DNA of 64,000 nucleotides from Octopus sinensis. Its lineage: Eukaryota. A model generated the notes under the pieces. It was not told where the DNA came from. It saw nothing but the letters and a program-made list of their open reading frames with translations, and made no database searches. The stretch is from positions 46,190,001-46,254,000 of the forward strand of contig NC_043014.1 of assembly GCF_006345805.1 (NCBI RefSeq), in the 5' to 3' direction. Made by a program: the position numbers and the translations under genes. Position 1 is the stretch's first letter. Every line of letters begins with the position of its first letter. Below are positions 1 to 14,630 of this stretch, piece after piece.

Positions 1-3000
1 TTTGATGCTATCCAAGGATTCAGGAGGCTGGTAGTTCAGCAGCAACAACTATGATGTAGTGGATTTGATGCTATCCAAGATTCAGGAGGCTGGTAGTTCA
101 GCATCACACTATGATGTAGTGGATTTGATGCTATCCAAGGATTCAGGAGGCTGGTAGTTCAGCAGCAACACTATGATGTAGTGGATTTGATGCTATCCAA
201 GGATTCAGGAGGCTGGTAGTTCAGCAGCAACACTATGATGTAGTGGATTTGATGCTATCCAAGGATTCAGGAGGCTGGTAGTTCAGCATCAACACTATGA
301 TGTAGTGGATTTGATGCTATCCAAGGATTCAGGAGGCTGGTAGTTCAGCAGCAACACTATGATGTAGTGGATTTGATGCTATCCAAGGATTCAGGAGGCT
401 GGTAGTTCAGCAGCAACACTATGATGTAGTGGATTTGATGCTATCCAAGGATTCAGGAGGCTGGTAGTTCAGCATCAACACTATGATGTAGTGGATTTGA
501 TGCTATCCAAGGATTCAGGAGGCTGGTAGTTCAGCAGCAACACTATGATGTAGTGGATTTGATGCTATCCAAGGATTCAGGAGGCTGGTAGTTCAGCAGC
601 AACACTATGATGTAGTGGATTTGATGCTATCCAAGGATTCAGGAGGCTGGTAGTTCAGCATCAACACTATGATGTAGTGGATTTGATGCTATCCAAGGAT
701 TCAGGAGGCTGGCAGTTCAGCAGCAACACTATGATGTAGTGGATTTGATGCTATCCAAGGATTCAGGAGGCTGGCAGTTCAGCAGCAACACTATGATGTA
801 GTGGATTTGATGATGCTATCCAAGGATTCAGGAGGCTGGCAGTTCAACAGCAACACTATGATGTAGTGGATTTGATGCTATCCAAGGATTCAGGAGGCTG
901 GTAGTTCAGCAGCAACACTATGATGTAGTGGATTTGTGCTATCCAAGGATTCAGGAGGCTGGTAGTTCAACAGCAACACTATGATGTAGTGGATTTGATG
1001 CTATCCAAGGATTCAGGAGGCGTAGTTCAACAGCACACTATGATGTAGTGGATTTGATGCTATCCAAGGATTCAGGAGGCTGGTAGTTCAGCAGCAACAC
1101 TATGATGTAGTGGATTTGATGCTATCCAAGGATTCAGGAGGCTGGTAGTTCAACAGCAACACTATGATGTAGTGGATTTGATGCTATCCAAGGATTCAGG
1201 CTGGTAGTTCAGCAGCAACACTATGATGTAGTGGATTTGATGCTATCCAAGGATTCAGGAGGGTCTGGTAGTTCAGCAGCAACACTATGATGTAGTGGAT
1301 TTGATGCTATCCAAGGATTCAGGAGGCTGGTAGTTCAGCAGCAACACTATGATGTAGTGGATTTGATGCTATCCAAGGATTCAGGAGGCTGGTAGTTCAG
1401 CAGCAACACTATGATGTAGTGGATTTGATGCTATCCAAGGATTCAGGAGGCTGGTAGTTCAGCAGCAACACTATGATGTAGTGGATTTGATGCTATCCAA
1501 GGATTCAGGAGGCTGGTAGTTCAACAGCAACACTATGATGTAGTGGATTTGATGGATTCAGAGGCGGGGGGTAGTTCAGCAGCCACTATGATGTGTGGAT
1601 TTGATGCTATCCAAGGATTCAGGAGGCTGGTAGTTCAGCAGCAACACTATGATGTAGTGGATTTGATGCTATCCAAGGATTCAGGAGGCTGGTAGTTCAG
1701 CAGCAACACTATGATGTAGTGGATTTGATGCTATCCAAGGATTCAGGAGGCTGGCAGTTCAACAGCAACACTATGATGTAGTGGATTTGATGCTATCCAA
1801 GATTCAGGAGGCTGGTAGTTCAACAGCAACACTATGATGTAGTGGATTTGATGCTATCCAAGGATTCAGGAGGCTGGCAGTTCAACAGCAACACTATGAT
1901 GTAGTGGATTTGATGCTATCCAAGGATTCAGGAGGCTGGTAGTTCAACAGCAACACTATGATGTAGTGGATTGATGCTATCCAAGGATTCAGGAGGCTGG
2001 CAGTTCAACAGCAACACTATGATGTAGTGGATTTGATGCTATCCAAGGATTCAGGAGGCTGGCAGTTCAACAGCAACACTATGATGTAGTGGATTTGATG
2101 CTATCCAAGGATTCAGGAGGCTGGCAGTTCAACAGCAACACTATGATGTAGTGGATTTGATGCTATCCAAGGATTCAGGAGGCTGGCAGTTCAACAGCAA
2201 CACTATGATGTAGTGGATTTGATGCTATCCAAGGATTCAGAGGCTGGTAGTTCAGCAGCAACACTATGATGTAGTGGATTTGATGCTATCCAAGGATTCA
2301 GGAGGCTGGCAGTTCAACAGCAACCTATGATGTAGTGGATTTGATGCTATCCAAGGATTCAGGAGGCTGGCAGTTCAACAGCAACACTATGATGTAGTGG
2401 ATTTGATGCTATCCAAGGATTCAGGAGGCTGGTAGTTCAGCAGCACACTATGATGTAGTGGATTGATGCTATCCAAGGATTCAGGAGGCTGGCAGTTCAA
2501 CAGCAACACTATGATGTAGTGGATTTGATGCTATCCAAGGATTCAGGAGGCTGGTAGTTCAGCAGCAACACTATGATGTAGTGGATTTGATGCTATCCAA
2601 GGATTCAGGAGGCTGGCAGTTCAGCAGCAACACTATGATGTAGTGGATTTGATGCTATCCAAGGATTCAGGAGGCTGGCAGTTCAACAGCAACACTATGA
2701 TGTAGTGGATTTGATGCTATCCAAGGATTCAGGAGGCTGGTAGTTCAGCAGCAACACTATGATGTAGTGGATTTGATGCTATCCAAGGATTCAGGAGGCT
2801 GGCAGTTCAACAGCAACACTATGATGTAGTGGATTTGATGCTATCCAAGTATTCAGGAGGCTGGCAGTTCAGCAGCAACACTATGATGTAGTGGATTTGA
2901 TGCTATCCAAGGATTCAGGAGGCTGGCAGTTCAACAGCAACACTATGATGTAGTGGATTTGATGCTATCCAAGGATTCAGGAGGCTGGTAGTTCAGCAGC

Positions 3001-6000
3001 AACACTATGATGTAGTGGATTTGATGCTATCCAAGGATTCAGGAGGCTGGCAGTTCAGCAGCAACACTATGATGTAGTGGATTTGATGCTATCCAAGGAT
3101 TCAGGAGGCTGGTAGTTCAGCAGCAACACTATGATGTAGTGGATTTGATGCTATCCAAGGATTCAGGAGGCTGGCAGTTCAGCATCAACGCTATGATGTA
3201 GTAGATTTGATGCTATCCAAGTATTCAGGAGGCTGGCAGTTCAACAGCAACACTATGATGTAGTGGATTTGATGCTATCCAAGGATTCAGGAGGCTGGCA
3301 GTTCAGCATCAACGCTATGATGTAGTAGATTTGATGCTATCCAAGGATTCAGGAGGCTGGCAGTTCAACAGCAACACTATGATGTAGTGGATTTGATGCT
3401 ATCCAAGGATTCAGGAGGCTGGTAGTTCAGCAGCAACACTATGATGTAGTGGATTTGATGCTATCCAAGGATTCAGGAGGCTGGCAGTTCAACAGCAACA
3501 CTATGATGTAGTGGATTTGATGCTATCCAAGGATTCAGGAGGCTGGCAGTTCAACAGCAACACTATGATGTAGTGGATTTGATGCTATCCAAGGATTCAG
3601 GAGGCTGGCAGTTCAGCAGCAACACTATGATGTAGTGGATTTGATGCTAACCAAGTATTCAGGAGGCTGGCAGTTCAGCAGCAACACTATGATGTAGTGG
3701 ATTTGATGCTATCCAAGGATTCAGGAGGCTGGCAGTTCAGCAGCAACACTATGATGTAGTGGATTTGATGCTATCCAAGGATTCAGGAGGCTGGCAGTTC
3801 AACAGCAACACTATGATGTAGTGGATTTGATGCTATCCAAGGATTCAGGAGGCTGGTAGTTCACAGCAACACTATGATGTAGTGGATTTGATGCTATCCA
3901 AGGATTCAGGAGGCTGGTAGTTCAGCAGCAACACTATGATGTAGTGGATTTGATGCTATCCAAGGATTCAGGAGGCTGGCAGTTCAGCAGCAACACTATG
4001 ATGTAGTGGATTTGATGCTATCCAAGGATTCAGGAGGCTGGCAGTTCAACAGCAACACTATGATGTAGTGGATTTGATGCTATCCAAGGATTCAGGAGGC
4101 TGGTAGTTCAGCAGCAACACTATGATGTAGTGGATTTGATGCTATCCAAGGATTCAGGAGGCTGGCAGTTCAGCAGCAACACTATGATGTAGTGGATTTG
4201 ATGCTATCCAAGGATTCAGGAGGCTGGCAGTTCAACAGCAACACTATGATGTAGTGGATTTGATGCTATCCAAGGATTCAGGAGGCTGGTAGTTCAACAG
4301 CAACACTATGATGTAGTGGATTTGATGCTATCCAAGGATTCAGGAGGCTGGTAGTTCAGCAGCAACACTATGATGTGGTGGATTTGATGCTATCCAGGAT
4401 TCAGGAGGCTGTAGTTCAGCAGCAACACTATGATGTAGTGGATTTGATGCTATCCAAGGATTCAGGAGGCTGGTAGTTCAGCAGCAACACTATGATGTGG
4501 ATTTGATGCTATCCAAGGATTCAGGAGGCTGGTAGTTCAGCAGCAACACTATGATGTAGTGGATTTGATGCTATCCAAGGATTCAGGAGGCTGGTAGTTC
4601 AACAGCAACACTATGATGTAGTGGATTTGATGCTATCCAAGGATTCAGGAGGCTGGTAGTTCAGCAGCAACACTATGATGTAGTGGATTTGATGCTATCC
4701 AAGGATTCAGGAGGCTGGTAGTTCAGCATGAACACTATGATGTAGTGGATTTGATGCTATCCAAGGATTCAGGAGGCTGGTAGTTCAGCAGCAACACTAT
4801 GATGTAGTGGATTTGATGCTATCCAAGGATTCAGGAGGCTGGCAGTTCAGCAGCAACACTATGATGTAGTGGATTTGATGCTATCCAAGGATTCAGGAGG
4901 CTGGCAGTTCAGCATGAACACTATGATGTAGTGGATTTGATGCTATCCAAGGATTCAGGAGGCTGGTAGTTCAGCAGCAACACTATGATGTAGTGGATTT
5001 GATGCTATCCAAGGATTCAGGAGGCTGGCAGTTCAGCAGCAACACTATGATGTAGTGGATTTGATGCTATCCAAGGATTCAGGAGGCTGGTAGTTCAGCA
5101 TGAACACTATGATGTAGTGGATTTGATGCTATCCAAGGATTCAGGAGGCTGGCAGTTCAACAGCAACACTATGATGTAGTGGATTTGATGCTATCCAAGG
5201 ATTCAGGAGGCTGGTAGTTCAGCAGCAACACTATGATGTAGTGGATTTGATGCTATCCAAGGATTCAGGAGGCTGGCAGTTCAACATCAACACTATGATG
5301 TAGTGGATTTGATGCTATCCAAGGATTCAGGAGGCTGGCAGTTCAGCAGCAACACTATGATGTAGTGGATTTGATGCTATCCAAGGATTCAGGAGGCTGG
5401 TAGTTCAGCATGAACACTATGATGTAGTGGATTTGATGCTATCCAAGGATTCAGGAGGCTGGCAGTTCAACAGCAACACTATGATGTAGTGGATTTGATG
5501 CTATCCAAGGATTCAGGAGGCTGGTAGTTCAGCAGCAACACTATGATGTAGTGGATTTGATGCTATCCAAGGATTCAGGAGGCTGGCAGTTCAACAGCAA
5601 CACTATGATGTAGTGGATTTGATGCTATCCAAGGATTCAGGAGGCTGGTAGTTCAGCAGCAACACTATGATGTAGTGGATTTGATGCTATCCAAGGATTC
5701 AGGAGGCTGGCAGTTCAACATCAACACTATGATGTAGTGGATTTGATGCTATCCAAGGATTCAGGAGGCTGGTAGTTCAGCAGCAACACTATGATGTAGT
5801 GGATTTGATGCTATCCAAGGATTCAGGAGGCTGGCAGTTCAACAGCAACACTATGATGTAGTGGATTTGATGCTATCCAAGGATTCAGGAGGCTGGTAGT
5901 TCAGCAGCAACACTATGATGTAGTGGATTTGATGCTATCCAGGATTCAGGAGGCTGGCAGTTCAACATCAACACTATGATGTAGTGGATTTGATGCTATC

Positions 6001-9000
6001 CAAGGATTCAGGAGGCTGGTAGTTCAGCAGCAACACTATGATGTAGTGGATTTGATGCTATCCAAGGATTCAGGAGGCTGGCAGTTCAACAGCAACACTA
6101 TGATGTAGTGGATTTGATGCTATCCAAGGATTCAGGAGGCTGGTAGTTCAGCAGCAACACTATGATGTAGTGGATTTGATGCTATCCAAGGATTCAGGAG
6201 GCTGGCAGTTCAACAGCAACACTATGATGTAGTGGATTTGATGCTATCCAAGGATTCAGGAGGCTGGTAGTTCAGCAGCAACACTATGATGTAGTGGATT
6301 TGATGCTATCCAAGATTCAGGAGGCTGGCAGTTCAGCAGCAACACTATGATGTAGTGGATTTGATGCTATCCAAGGATTCAGGAGGCTGGTAGTTCAGCA
6401 GCAACACTATGATGTAGTGGATTTGATGCTATCCAAGGATTCAGGAGGCTGGCAGTTCAACATCAACACTATGATGTAGTGGATTTGATGCTATCCAAGT
6501 ATTCAGGAGGCTGGCAGTTCAACAGCAACACTATGATGTAGTGGATTTGATGCTATCCAAGGATTCAGGAGGCTGGTAGTTCAGCAGCAACACTATGATG
6601 TAGTGGATTTGATGCTATCCAAGGATTCAGGAGGCTGGCAGTTCAGCAGCAACACTATGATGTAGTGGATTTGATGCTATCCAAGGATTCAGGAGGCTGG
6701 CAGTTCAACAGCAACACTATGATGTAGTGGATTTGATGCTATCCAAGGATTCAGGAGGCTGGCAGTTCAGCAGCAACACTATGATGTAGTGGATTTGATG
6801 CTATCCAAGGATTCAGGAGGCTGGTAGTTCAGCAGCAACACTATGATGTAGTGGATTTGATGCTATCCAAGGATTCAGGAGGCTGGCAGTTCAACATCAA
6901 CACTATGATGTAGTGGATTTGATGCTATCCAAGGATTCAGGAGGCTGGCAGTTCAGCAGCAACACTATGATGTAGTGGATTTGATGCTATCCAAGGATTC
7001 AGGAGGCTGGCAGTTCAGCAGCAACACTATGATGTAGTGGATTTGATGCTATCCAAGGATTCAGGAGGCTGGTAGTTCAGCAGCAACACTATGATGTAGT
7101 GGATTTGATGCTATCCAAGGATTCAGGAGGCTGGCAGTTCAACATCAACACTATGATGTAGATTTGATGCTATCCAAGGATTCAGGAGGCTGGCAGTTCA
7201 GCAGCAACACTATGATGTAGTGGATTTGATGCTATCCAAGGATTCAGGAGGCTGGCAGTTCAGCAGCAACACTATGATGTAGTGGATTTGATGCTATCCA
7301 AGGATTCAGGAGGCTGGTAGTTCAGCAGCAACACTATGATGTAGTGGATTTGATGCTATCCAAGGATTCAGGAGGCTGGCAGTTCAGCAGCAACACTATG
7401 ATGTAGTGGATTTGATGCTATCCAAGGATTCAGGAGGCTGGTAGTTCAGCAGCAACACTATGATGTAGTGGATTTGATGCTATCCAAGGATTCAGGAGGC
7501 TGGCAGTTCAACAGCAACACTATGATGTAGTGGATTTGATGCTATCCAAGGATTCAGGAGGCTGGTAGTTCAGCAGCAACACTATGATGTAGTGGATTTG
7601 ATGCTATCCAAGGATTCAGGAGGCTGGCAGTTCAACAGCAACACTATGATGTAGTGGATTTGATGCTATCCAAGGATTCAGGAGGCTGGTAGTTCAGCAG
7701 CAACACTATGATGTAGTGGATTTGATGCTATCCAAGTATTCAGGAGGCTGGTAGTTCAGCAGCAACACTATGATGTAGTGGATTTGATGCTATCCAAGGA
7801 TTCAGGAGGCTGGCAGTTCAACAGCAACACTATGATGTAGTGGATTTGATGCTATCCAAGGATTCAGGAGGCTGGTAGTTCAGCAGCAACACTATGATGT
7901 AGTGGATTTGATGCTATCCAAGGATTCAGGAGGCTGGTAGTTCAGCAGCAACACTATGATGTAGTGGATTTGATGCTATCCAAGGATTCAGGAGGCTGGC
8001 AGTTCAACAGCAACACTATGATGTAGTGGATTTGATGCTATCCAAGGATTCAGGAGGCTGGTAGTTCAGCAGCAACACTATGATGTAGTGGATTTGATGC
8101 TATCCAAGGATTCAGGAGGCTGGTAGTTCAGCAGCAACACTATGATGTAGTGGATTTGATGCTATCCAAGGATTCAGGAGGCTGGCAGTTCAGCAGCAAC
8201 ACTATGATGTAGTGGATTTGATGCTATCCAAGGATTCAGGAGGCTGGTAGTTCAGCAGCAACACTATGATGTAGTGGATTTGATGCTATCCAAGGATTCA
8301 GGAGGCTGGCAGTTCAGTAGCAACACTATGATGTAGTGGATTTGATGCTATCCAAGGATTCAGGAGGCTGGCAGTTCAGTAGCAACACTATGATGTAGTG
8401 GATTTGATGCTATCCAAGGATTCAGGAGGCTGGCAGTTCAGTAGCAACACTATGATGTAGTGGATTTGATGCTATCCAAGGATTCAGGAGGCTGGCAGTT
8501 CAACATCAACACTATGATGTAGTGGATTTGATGCTATCCAAGTATTCAGGAGGCTGGCAGTTCAACATCAACACTATGATGTAGTGGATTTGATGCTATC
8601 CAAGGATTCAGGAGGCTGGCAGTTCAACATCAACACTATGATGTAGTGGATTTGATGCTATCCAAGGATTCAGGAGGCTGGCAGTTCAGTAGCAACACTA
8701 TGATGTAGTGGATTTGATGCTATCCAAGGATTCAGGAGGCTGGCAGTTCAACATCAACACTATGATGTAGTGGATTTGATGCTATCCAAGGATTCAGGAG
8801 GCTGGCAGTTCAGCATCAACACTATGATGTGGTGGATTTGATGCTATCCAAGGATTCAGGAGGGTGGCAGTTCAGTAGCAACACTATGATGTAGTGGATT
8901 TGATGCTATCCAAGGATTCAGGAGGCTGGCAGTTCAGTAGCAACACTATGATGTAGTGGATTTGATGCTATCCAAGGATTCAGGAGGCTGGCAGTTCAAC

Positions 9001-12000
9001 AGCAACACTATGATGTAGTGGATTTGATGCTATCCAAGTATTCAGGAGGCTGGCAGTTCAACATCAACACTATGATGTAGTGGATTTGATGCTATCCAAG
9101 GATTCAGGAGGCTGGTAGTTCAGCAGCAACACTATGATGTGGTGGATTTGATGCTATCCAAGGATTCAGGAGGCTGGCAGTTCAACAGCAACACTATGAT
9201 GTAGTGGATTTGATGCTATCCAAGGATTCAGGAGGCTGGTAGTTCAGTAGCAACACTATGATGTAGTGGATTTGATGCTATCCAAGGATTCAGGAGGCTG
9301 GCAGTTCAGTAGCAACACTATGATGTAGTGGATTTGATGCTATCCAAGGATTCAGGAGGCTGGCAGTTCAGTAGCAACACTATGATGTAGTGGATTTGAT
9401 GCTATCCAAGGATTCAGGAGGCTGGCAGTTCAGCATCAACACTATGATGTAGTGGATTTGATGCTATCCAAGGATTCAGGAGGCTGGCAGTTCAGCAGCA
9501 ACACTATGATGTAGTGGATTTGATGCTATCCAAGGATTCAGGAGGCTGGCAGTTCAGTAGCAACACTATGATGTAGTGGATTTGATGCTATCCAAGGATT
9601 CAGGAGGCTGGCAGTTCAGCATCAACACTATGATGTAGTGGATTTGATGCTATCCAAGGATTCAGGAGGCTGGCAGTTCAGCATCAACACTATGATGTAG
9701 TGGATTTGATGCTATCCAAGGATTCAGGAGGCTGGCAGTTCAGTAGCAACACTATGATGTAGTGGATTTGATGCTATCCAAGTATTCAGGAGGCTGGCAG
9801 TTCAACAGCAACACTATGATGTAGTGGATTTGATGCTATCCAAGGATTCAGGAGGCTGGCAGTTCAGTAGCAACACTATGATGTAGTGGATTTGATGCTA
9901 TCCAAGGATTCAGGAGGCTGGCAGTTCAGTAGCAACACTATGATGTAGTGGATTTGATGCTATCCAAGGATTCAGGAGGCAGGCAGTTCAGCAGCAACAC
10001 TATGATGTAGTGGATTTGATGCTATCCAAGGATTCAGGAGGCTGGCAGTTCAGTAGCAACACTATGATGTAGTGGATTTGATGCTATCCAAGGATTCAGG
10101 AGGCAGGCAGTTCAGCAGCAACACTATGATGTAGTGGATTTGATGCTATCCAAGGATTCAGGAGGCTGGCAGTTCAGTAGCAACACTATGATGTAGTGGA
10201 TTTGATGCTATCCAAGGATTCAGGAGGCAGGCAGTTCAACAGCAACACTATGATGTAGTGGATTTGATGCTATCCAAGGATTCAGGAGGCTGGCAGCTCA
10301 GTAGCAACACTATGATGTAGTGGATTTGATGCTATCCAAGGATTCAGGAGGCAGGCAGTTCAACAGCAACACTATGATGTAGTGGATTTGATGCTATCCA
10401 AGGATTCAGGAGGCTGGCAGTTCAGCAGCAACACTATGATGTAGTGGATTTGATGCTATCCAAGGATTCAGGAGGCTGGCAGCTCAGTAGCAACACTATG
10501 ATGTAGTGGATTTGATGCTATCCAAGGATTCAGGAGGCTGGCAGTTCAGCAGCAACACTATGATGTAGTGGATTTGATGCTATCCAAGGATTCAGGAGGC
10601 TGGCAGTTCAGTAGCAACACTATGATGTAGTGGATTTGATGCTATCCAAGGATTCAGGAGGCTGGCAGTTCAGCAGCACAACACTATGATGTAGTGGATT
10701 TGATGCTATCCAAGGATTCAGGAGGCTGGCAGTTCAGTAGCACACACTATGATGTAGTGGATTTGATGCTATCCAAGGATTCAGGAGGCTGGCAGTTCAG
10801 TAGCAACACTATGATGTAGTGGATTTGATGCTATCCAAGGATTCAGGAGGCAGGCAGTTCAGTAGCAACACTATGATGTAGTGGATTTGATGCTATCCAA
10901 GGATTCAGGAGGCTGGCAGTTCAGCAGCAACACTATGATGTAGTGGATTTGATGCTATCCAAGGATTCAGGAGGCTGGCAGTTCAGCAGCAACACTATGA
11001 TGTAGTGGATTTGATGCTATCCAAGGATTCAGGAGGCTGGCAGTTCAGTAGCAACACTATGATGTAGTGGATTTGATGCTATCCAAGGATTCAGGAGGCA
11101 GGCAGTTCAGCAGCAACACTATGATGTAGTGGATTTGATGCTATCCAAGGATTCAGGAGGCTGGCAGTTCAGTAGCAACACTATGATGTAGTGGATTTGA
11201 TGCTATCCAAGGATTCAGGAGGCTGGCAGTTCAGTAGCAACACTATGATGTAGTGGATTTGATGCTATCCAAGGATTCAGGAGGCAGGCAGTTCAGTAGC
11301 AACACTATGATGTAGTGGATTTGATGCTATCCAAGTATTCAGGAGGCAGGCAGTTCAACATCAACACTATGATGTAGTGGATTGTATGCTATCCAAGTAT
11401 TCAGGAGGCTGGCAGTTCAACAGCAACACTATGATGTAGTGGATTTGATGCTATCCAAGGATTCAGGAGGCTGGCAGTTCAACATCAACACTATGATGTA
11501 GTGGATTGTATGCTATCCAAGTATTCAGGAGGCTGGCAGTTCAACAGCAACACTATGATGTAGTGGATTTGATGCTATCCAAGGATTCAGGAGGCTGGCA
11601 GTTCAGCAGCAACACTATGATGTAGTGGATTTGATGCTATCCAAGGATTCAGGAGGCTGGCAGTTCAACATCAACACTATGATGTAGTGGATTGTATGCT
11701 ATCCAAGTATTCAGGAGGCTGGCAGTTCAACAGCAACACTATGATGTAGTGGATTTGATGCTATCCAAGTATTCAGGAGGCTGGCAGTTCAACAGCAACA
11801 CTATGATGTAGTGGATTTGATGCTATCCAAGTATTCAGGAGGCTGGCAGTTCAGCATCAATACTATGATGTAGTGGGTTTGATGCTATCCAAGTATTCAG
11901 GAGGCTGGCAGTTCAACAGCAACACTATGATGTAGTGGGTTTGATGCTGTTCAAGGATTCAGGAGGATGGCAGTTCAGCAGCAACACTATGATGTAGTGG

Positions 12001-12130
12001 ATTTGATGCTATCCAAGTATTCAGGAGGCTGGCAGTTCAGCAGCAACACTATGATGCGGTGTGTAAGATGCTGTCCAAGTATTCAGGAGGCTGGTAGTTC
12101 AGCTGCAAAACTATAATGTAGTGACTGATG
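1..12130. repeat. 62-bp tandem satellite array, ~195 copies, truncated by window start
   Basis: Unit GATGCTATCCAAGGATTCAGGAGGCTGG(T/C)AGTTCAGCAGCAACACTATGATGTAGTGGATTT repeats with a 2-nt shift per 60-nt line. No ORF of 60 aa or more. Degenerates from ~11870 to 12130. Confidence 0.99.
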
Positions 12131-12534
12131 CCATTCGAAGTTACTTAGATTTCTAGGTTTATAAGTAACATCTTCATAAAAAATACACTACTAATGAAGT
12201 CACAGACATCTTTCCGTTCTTGAAAATTTTGTATTGGCATTAGGTATTTACATTTGTTCACGTTGGCTAAAATATATATCTATGCACAATAGTACAGTAA
12301 AATAAAACAATAATGACCAACGTTGGTTCAAATATAGTTTGATTTCAATATATATTTATTGTAGTGAGCTGGTAGAAACACCAGCACTCTTCTAGTGTTT
12401 TGCAAGGTACACAAGTCATTTTGGCTGTATTTTTCAGAGTTCACATCCTTTTGTCCTTGAGTTAGTGTTTTAAACACTTTTTGTGCAGCTTTGCAGCAAT
12501 TTGTTTGTACTTTCTTTCATTTGAGGAGTTAGCA

Positions 12535-14630
12535 ATGAAGAAATTTGTATTTTATTCAGACCTTAGTGGGTCTGAATTATCACCAGAAGAACTGCATAAA
12601 GCAGTAAGAAAAATGGATAGAAAAGCCAAGAAGAAAAGTAAAACTTCGCAGAAGCAACAAGACAAGAGGATATTGACATCAAGAGAATTAGAAATTTTAA
12701 AAATTTGTAGAGAGGTATGATGTGGAATTGGCCCCGTCAAAGGAGCTATTGGAAGGTATCAGGAGGAGAACAATTACATACAAAACATTTTTTACAAAGG
12801 CAGGCAGAATAGAGAACACACACAAGCCAAACAGGGAAGTGCTCAGGCCCATGTGGCACAATATAGTTTTTCTAAAGAGAGGAACAAGATTTGATACATT
12901 GGAGGTGAGAACAAAATGCAAAGAAACAGGCAGCAAAGACAAAGTGGTGTTGTTGCCCACTTATATGGGCAGATTGACAACTAGGATTAAAGTTGAAGGT
13001 ATTCCATCTGAAATAGATGAGGACTGGGTAGTGGCCACAGTCCTCAAAAGGAAGTGAGGAGGATATGGTGCTGTAGGCCACAGGAACCAGATGTGAGATG
13101 TGGAGGGGAAAGACACTTGAGATGACAGTGCAGGCATCAGCAGAAACCTTGCGACAGGTAGCAGAGATGGTCTTGTTTGACAAAGCAGAGATGAGGATCA
13201 AGGTGGAGGGCAGAGTCCCAAGATGTTACAAATGTGGTCTAAAACGGCCACATTAGAGTGGCCTGCCCTTCACTGCTGGAGGAAAAAAGTGGAACAGTCA
13301 AAAAAAGTAGAAGAACCTGCAGAGATAATAGAAAAGGTATGGAAGGTGGTTGGCAGAAAGAAAAAAGTAATTTGAACTCAGAACCCCAATCAACACCCAC
13401 CCCATCCATATGCTCTCAGACCCCACCCTTCTCCCACAGGCACCAAGCCTACTCATTCCCTCCGACACAAAAACAAAAGAAACACAAGAAATCTCAAACT
13501 CCCTCCCCCACAGACAAAAAAGAAATGTGCAGTAGTGATAATTGATGATTCAAAAATGAGGATTTGTGCCAAGGGCAGAAATGGGATGATTTTAAGGAAA
13601 TAGGAACCCGTGGTTCCGACAATGTTAGGCGTCACCTATTGTGCTGCCAATGAAAGAACATTTGGAGAGAATAGTGAAACAAAAGTGAATATGAGTGGTG
13701 GTGGGAGGTAGAGTTGGACAGAGAGGAACTAGCAGAATTTTCAATGTACGAGGTAATACCAGAACTATATGGGACAGATATTCTGGAAGGAATGGGATAC
13801 AAAAGGTGGGGATCACCCAGAAGTGGAGCTGAGTGGCTCCATTCCGGTGGTGGGAGGTAGAGTTGGACAGAGAGGAATTAGCAGAATTTTCAATGTACGA
13901 GGAAATACCAGAACTATATGGGACAGACATTCTGGAAGGAATGGGATACAAAAGGTGGTAAAGGGTAGAAATGGGATCACCCAGAAGTGGGGCTGAGTGG
14001 CTCCATTCCGGCAGTGGGAGGTAGAGTTGGACAGAGAGGAACTAGCAGAATTTTCAATGTACGAGGTAATACCAGAACTATATGGGACAGATATTCTGGA
14101 AGGAATGGGATACAAAAGGTGGGGATCACCCAGAAGTGGGGCTGAGTGGCTCCATTCCGGTGGTGGGAGGTAGAGTTGGACAGAGAGGAATTAGCAGAAT
14201 TTTCAATGTACGAGGAAATACCAGAACTATATGGGACAGACATTCTGGAAGGAATGGGATACAAAAGGTGGTAAAGGGTAGAAATGGGATCACCCAGAAG
14301 TGGGGCTGAGTGGCTCCATTCCGGTGGTGGGAGGTAGAGTTGGACAGAGAGGAATTAGCAGAATTTTCAATGTACGAGGAAATACTAGAACTATATGGGA
14401 CAGACATTCTGGAAGGAATGGGATACAAAAGGTGATAAAGGGTAGAAATGGGATCACCCAGAAGTGGGGCTGAGTGGTTCCATTCCATTTCTTCGTTGCC
14501 ATGTTATCATTCATCTTGGTCATACATTTGTTTTTTGATTTGTCATTGTGTGTCCCCCCCAACATGTGATGTGTTGTCCCCTCTATGTTACCCCCAACCC
14601 TAGTGGGCAATAACGAATCGAGAAACAATG
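12535..14630 (+). mobile_element. Decayed gag/ORF1-like retroelement remnant with CCHC zinc knuckle
   Basis: Broken ORFs 12535-12720, 12722-13057 and 13258-13545. Removing one base at ~13245 from 13224-13266 gives CYKCGLKGHIRVAC (C-x2-C-x4-H-x4-C). A Lys/Pro/Ser-rich tail follows. No RT ORF is seen downstream. Confidence 0.7.
13690..14485 (+). repeat. Tandem repeat of alternating 149- and 164-bp monomers (313-bp higher-order unit)
   Basis: GGGAGGTAGAGTTGGACAG starts at 13703, 13852, 14016, 14165 and 14329. The long monomer carries a 15-bp extra segment. Confidence 0.95.

Noticed and set aside
40-2500. Scattered 1-3 bp indels in satellite units as real variants
   Set aside because: Sporadic, non-recurrent and clustered; more consistent with long-read consensus error.
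1-12130. Satellite as a CRISPR array, snoRNA cluster, ribozyme array or repetitive protein
   Set aside because: No unique spacers; ATGATGT is only C-box-like, with no CTGA D box on that strand; no CUGANGA/GAAA core on either strand; the 62-bp unit breaks frame and stops occur.
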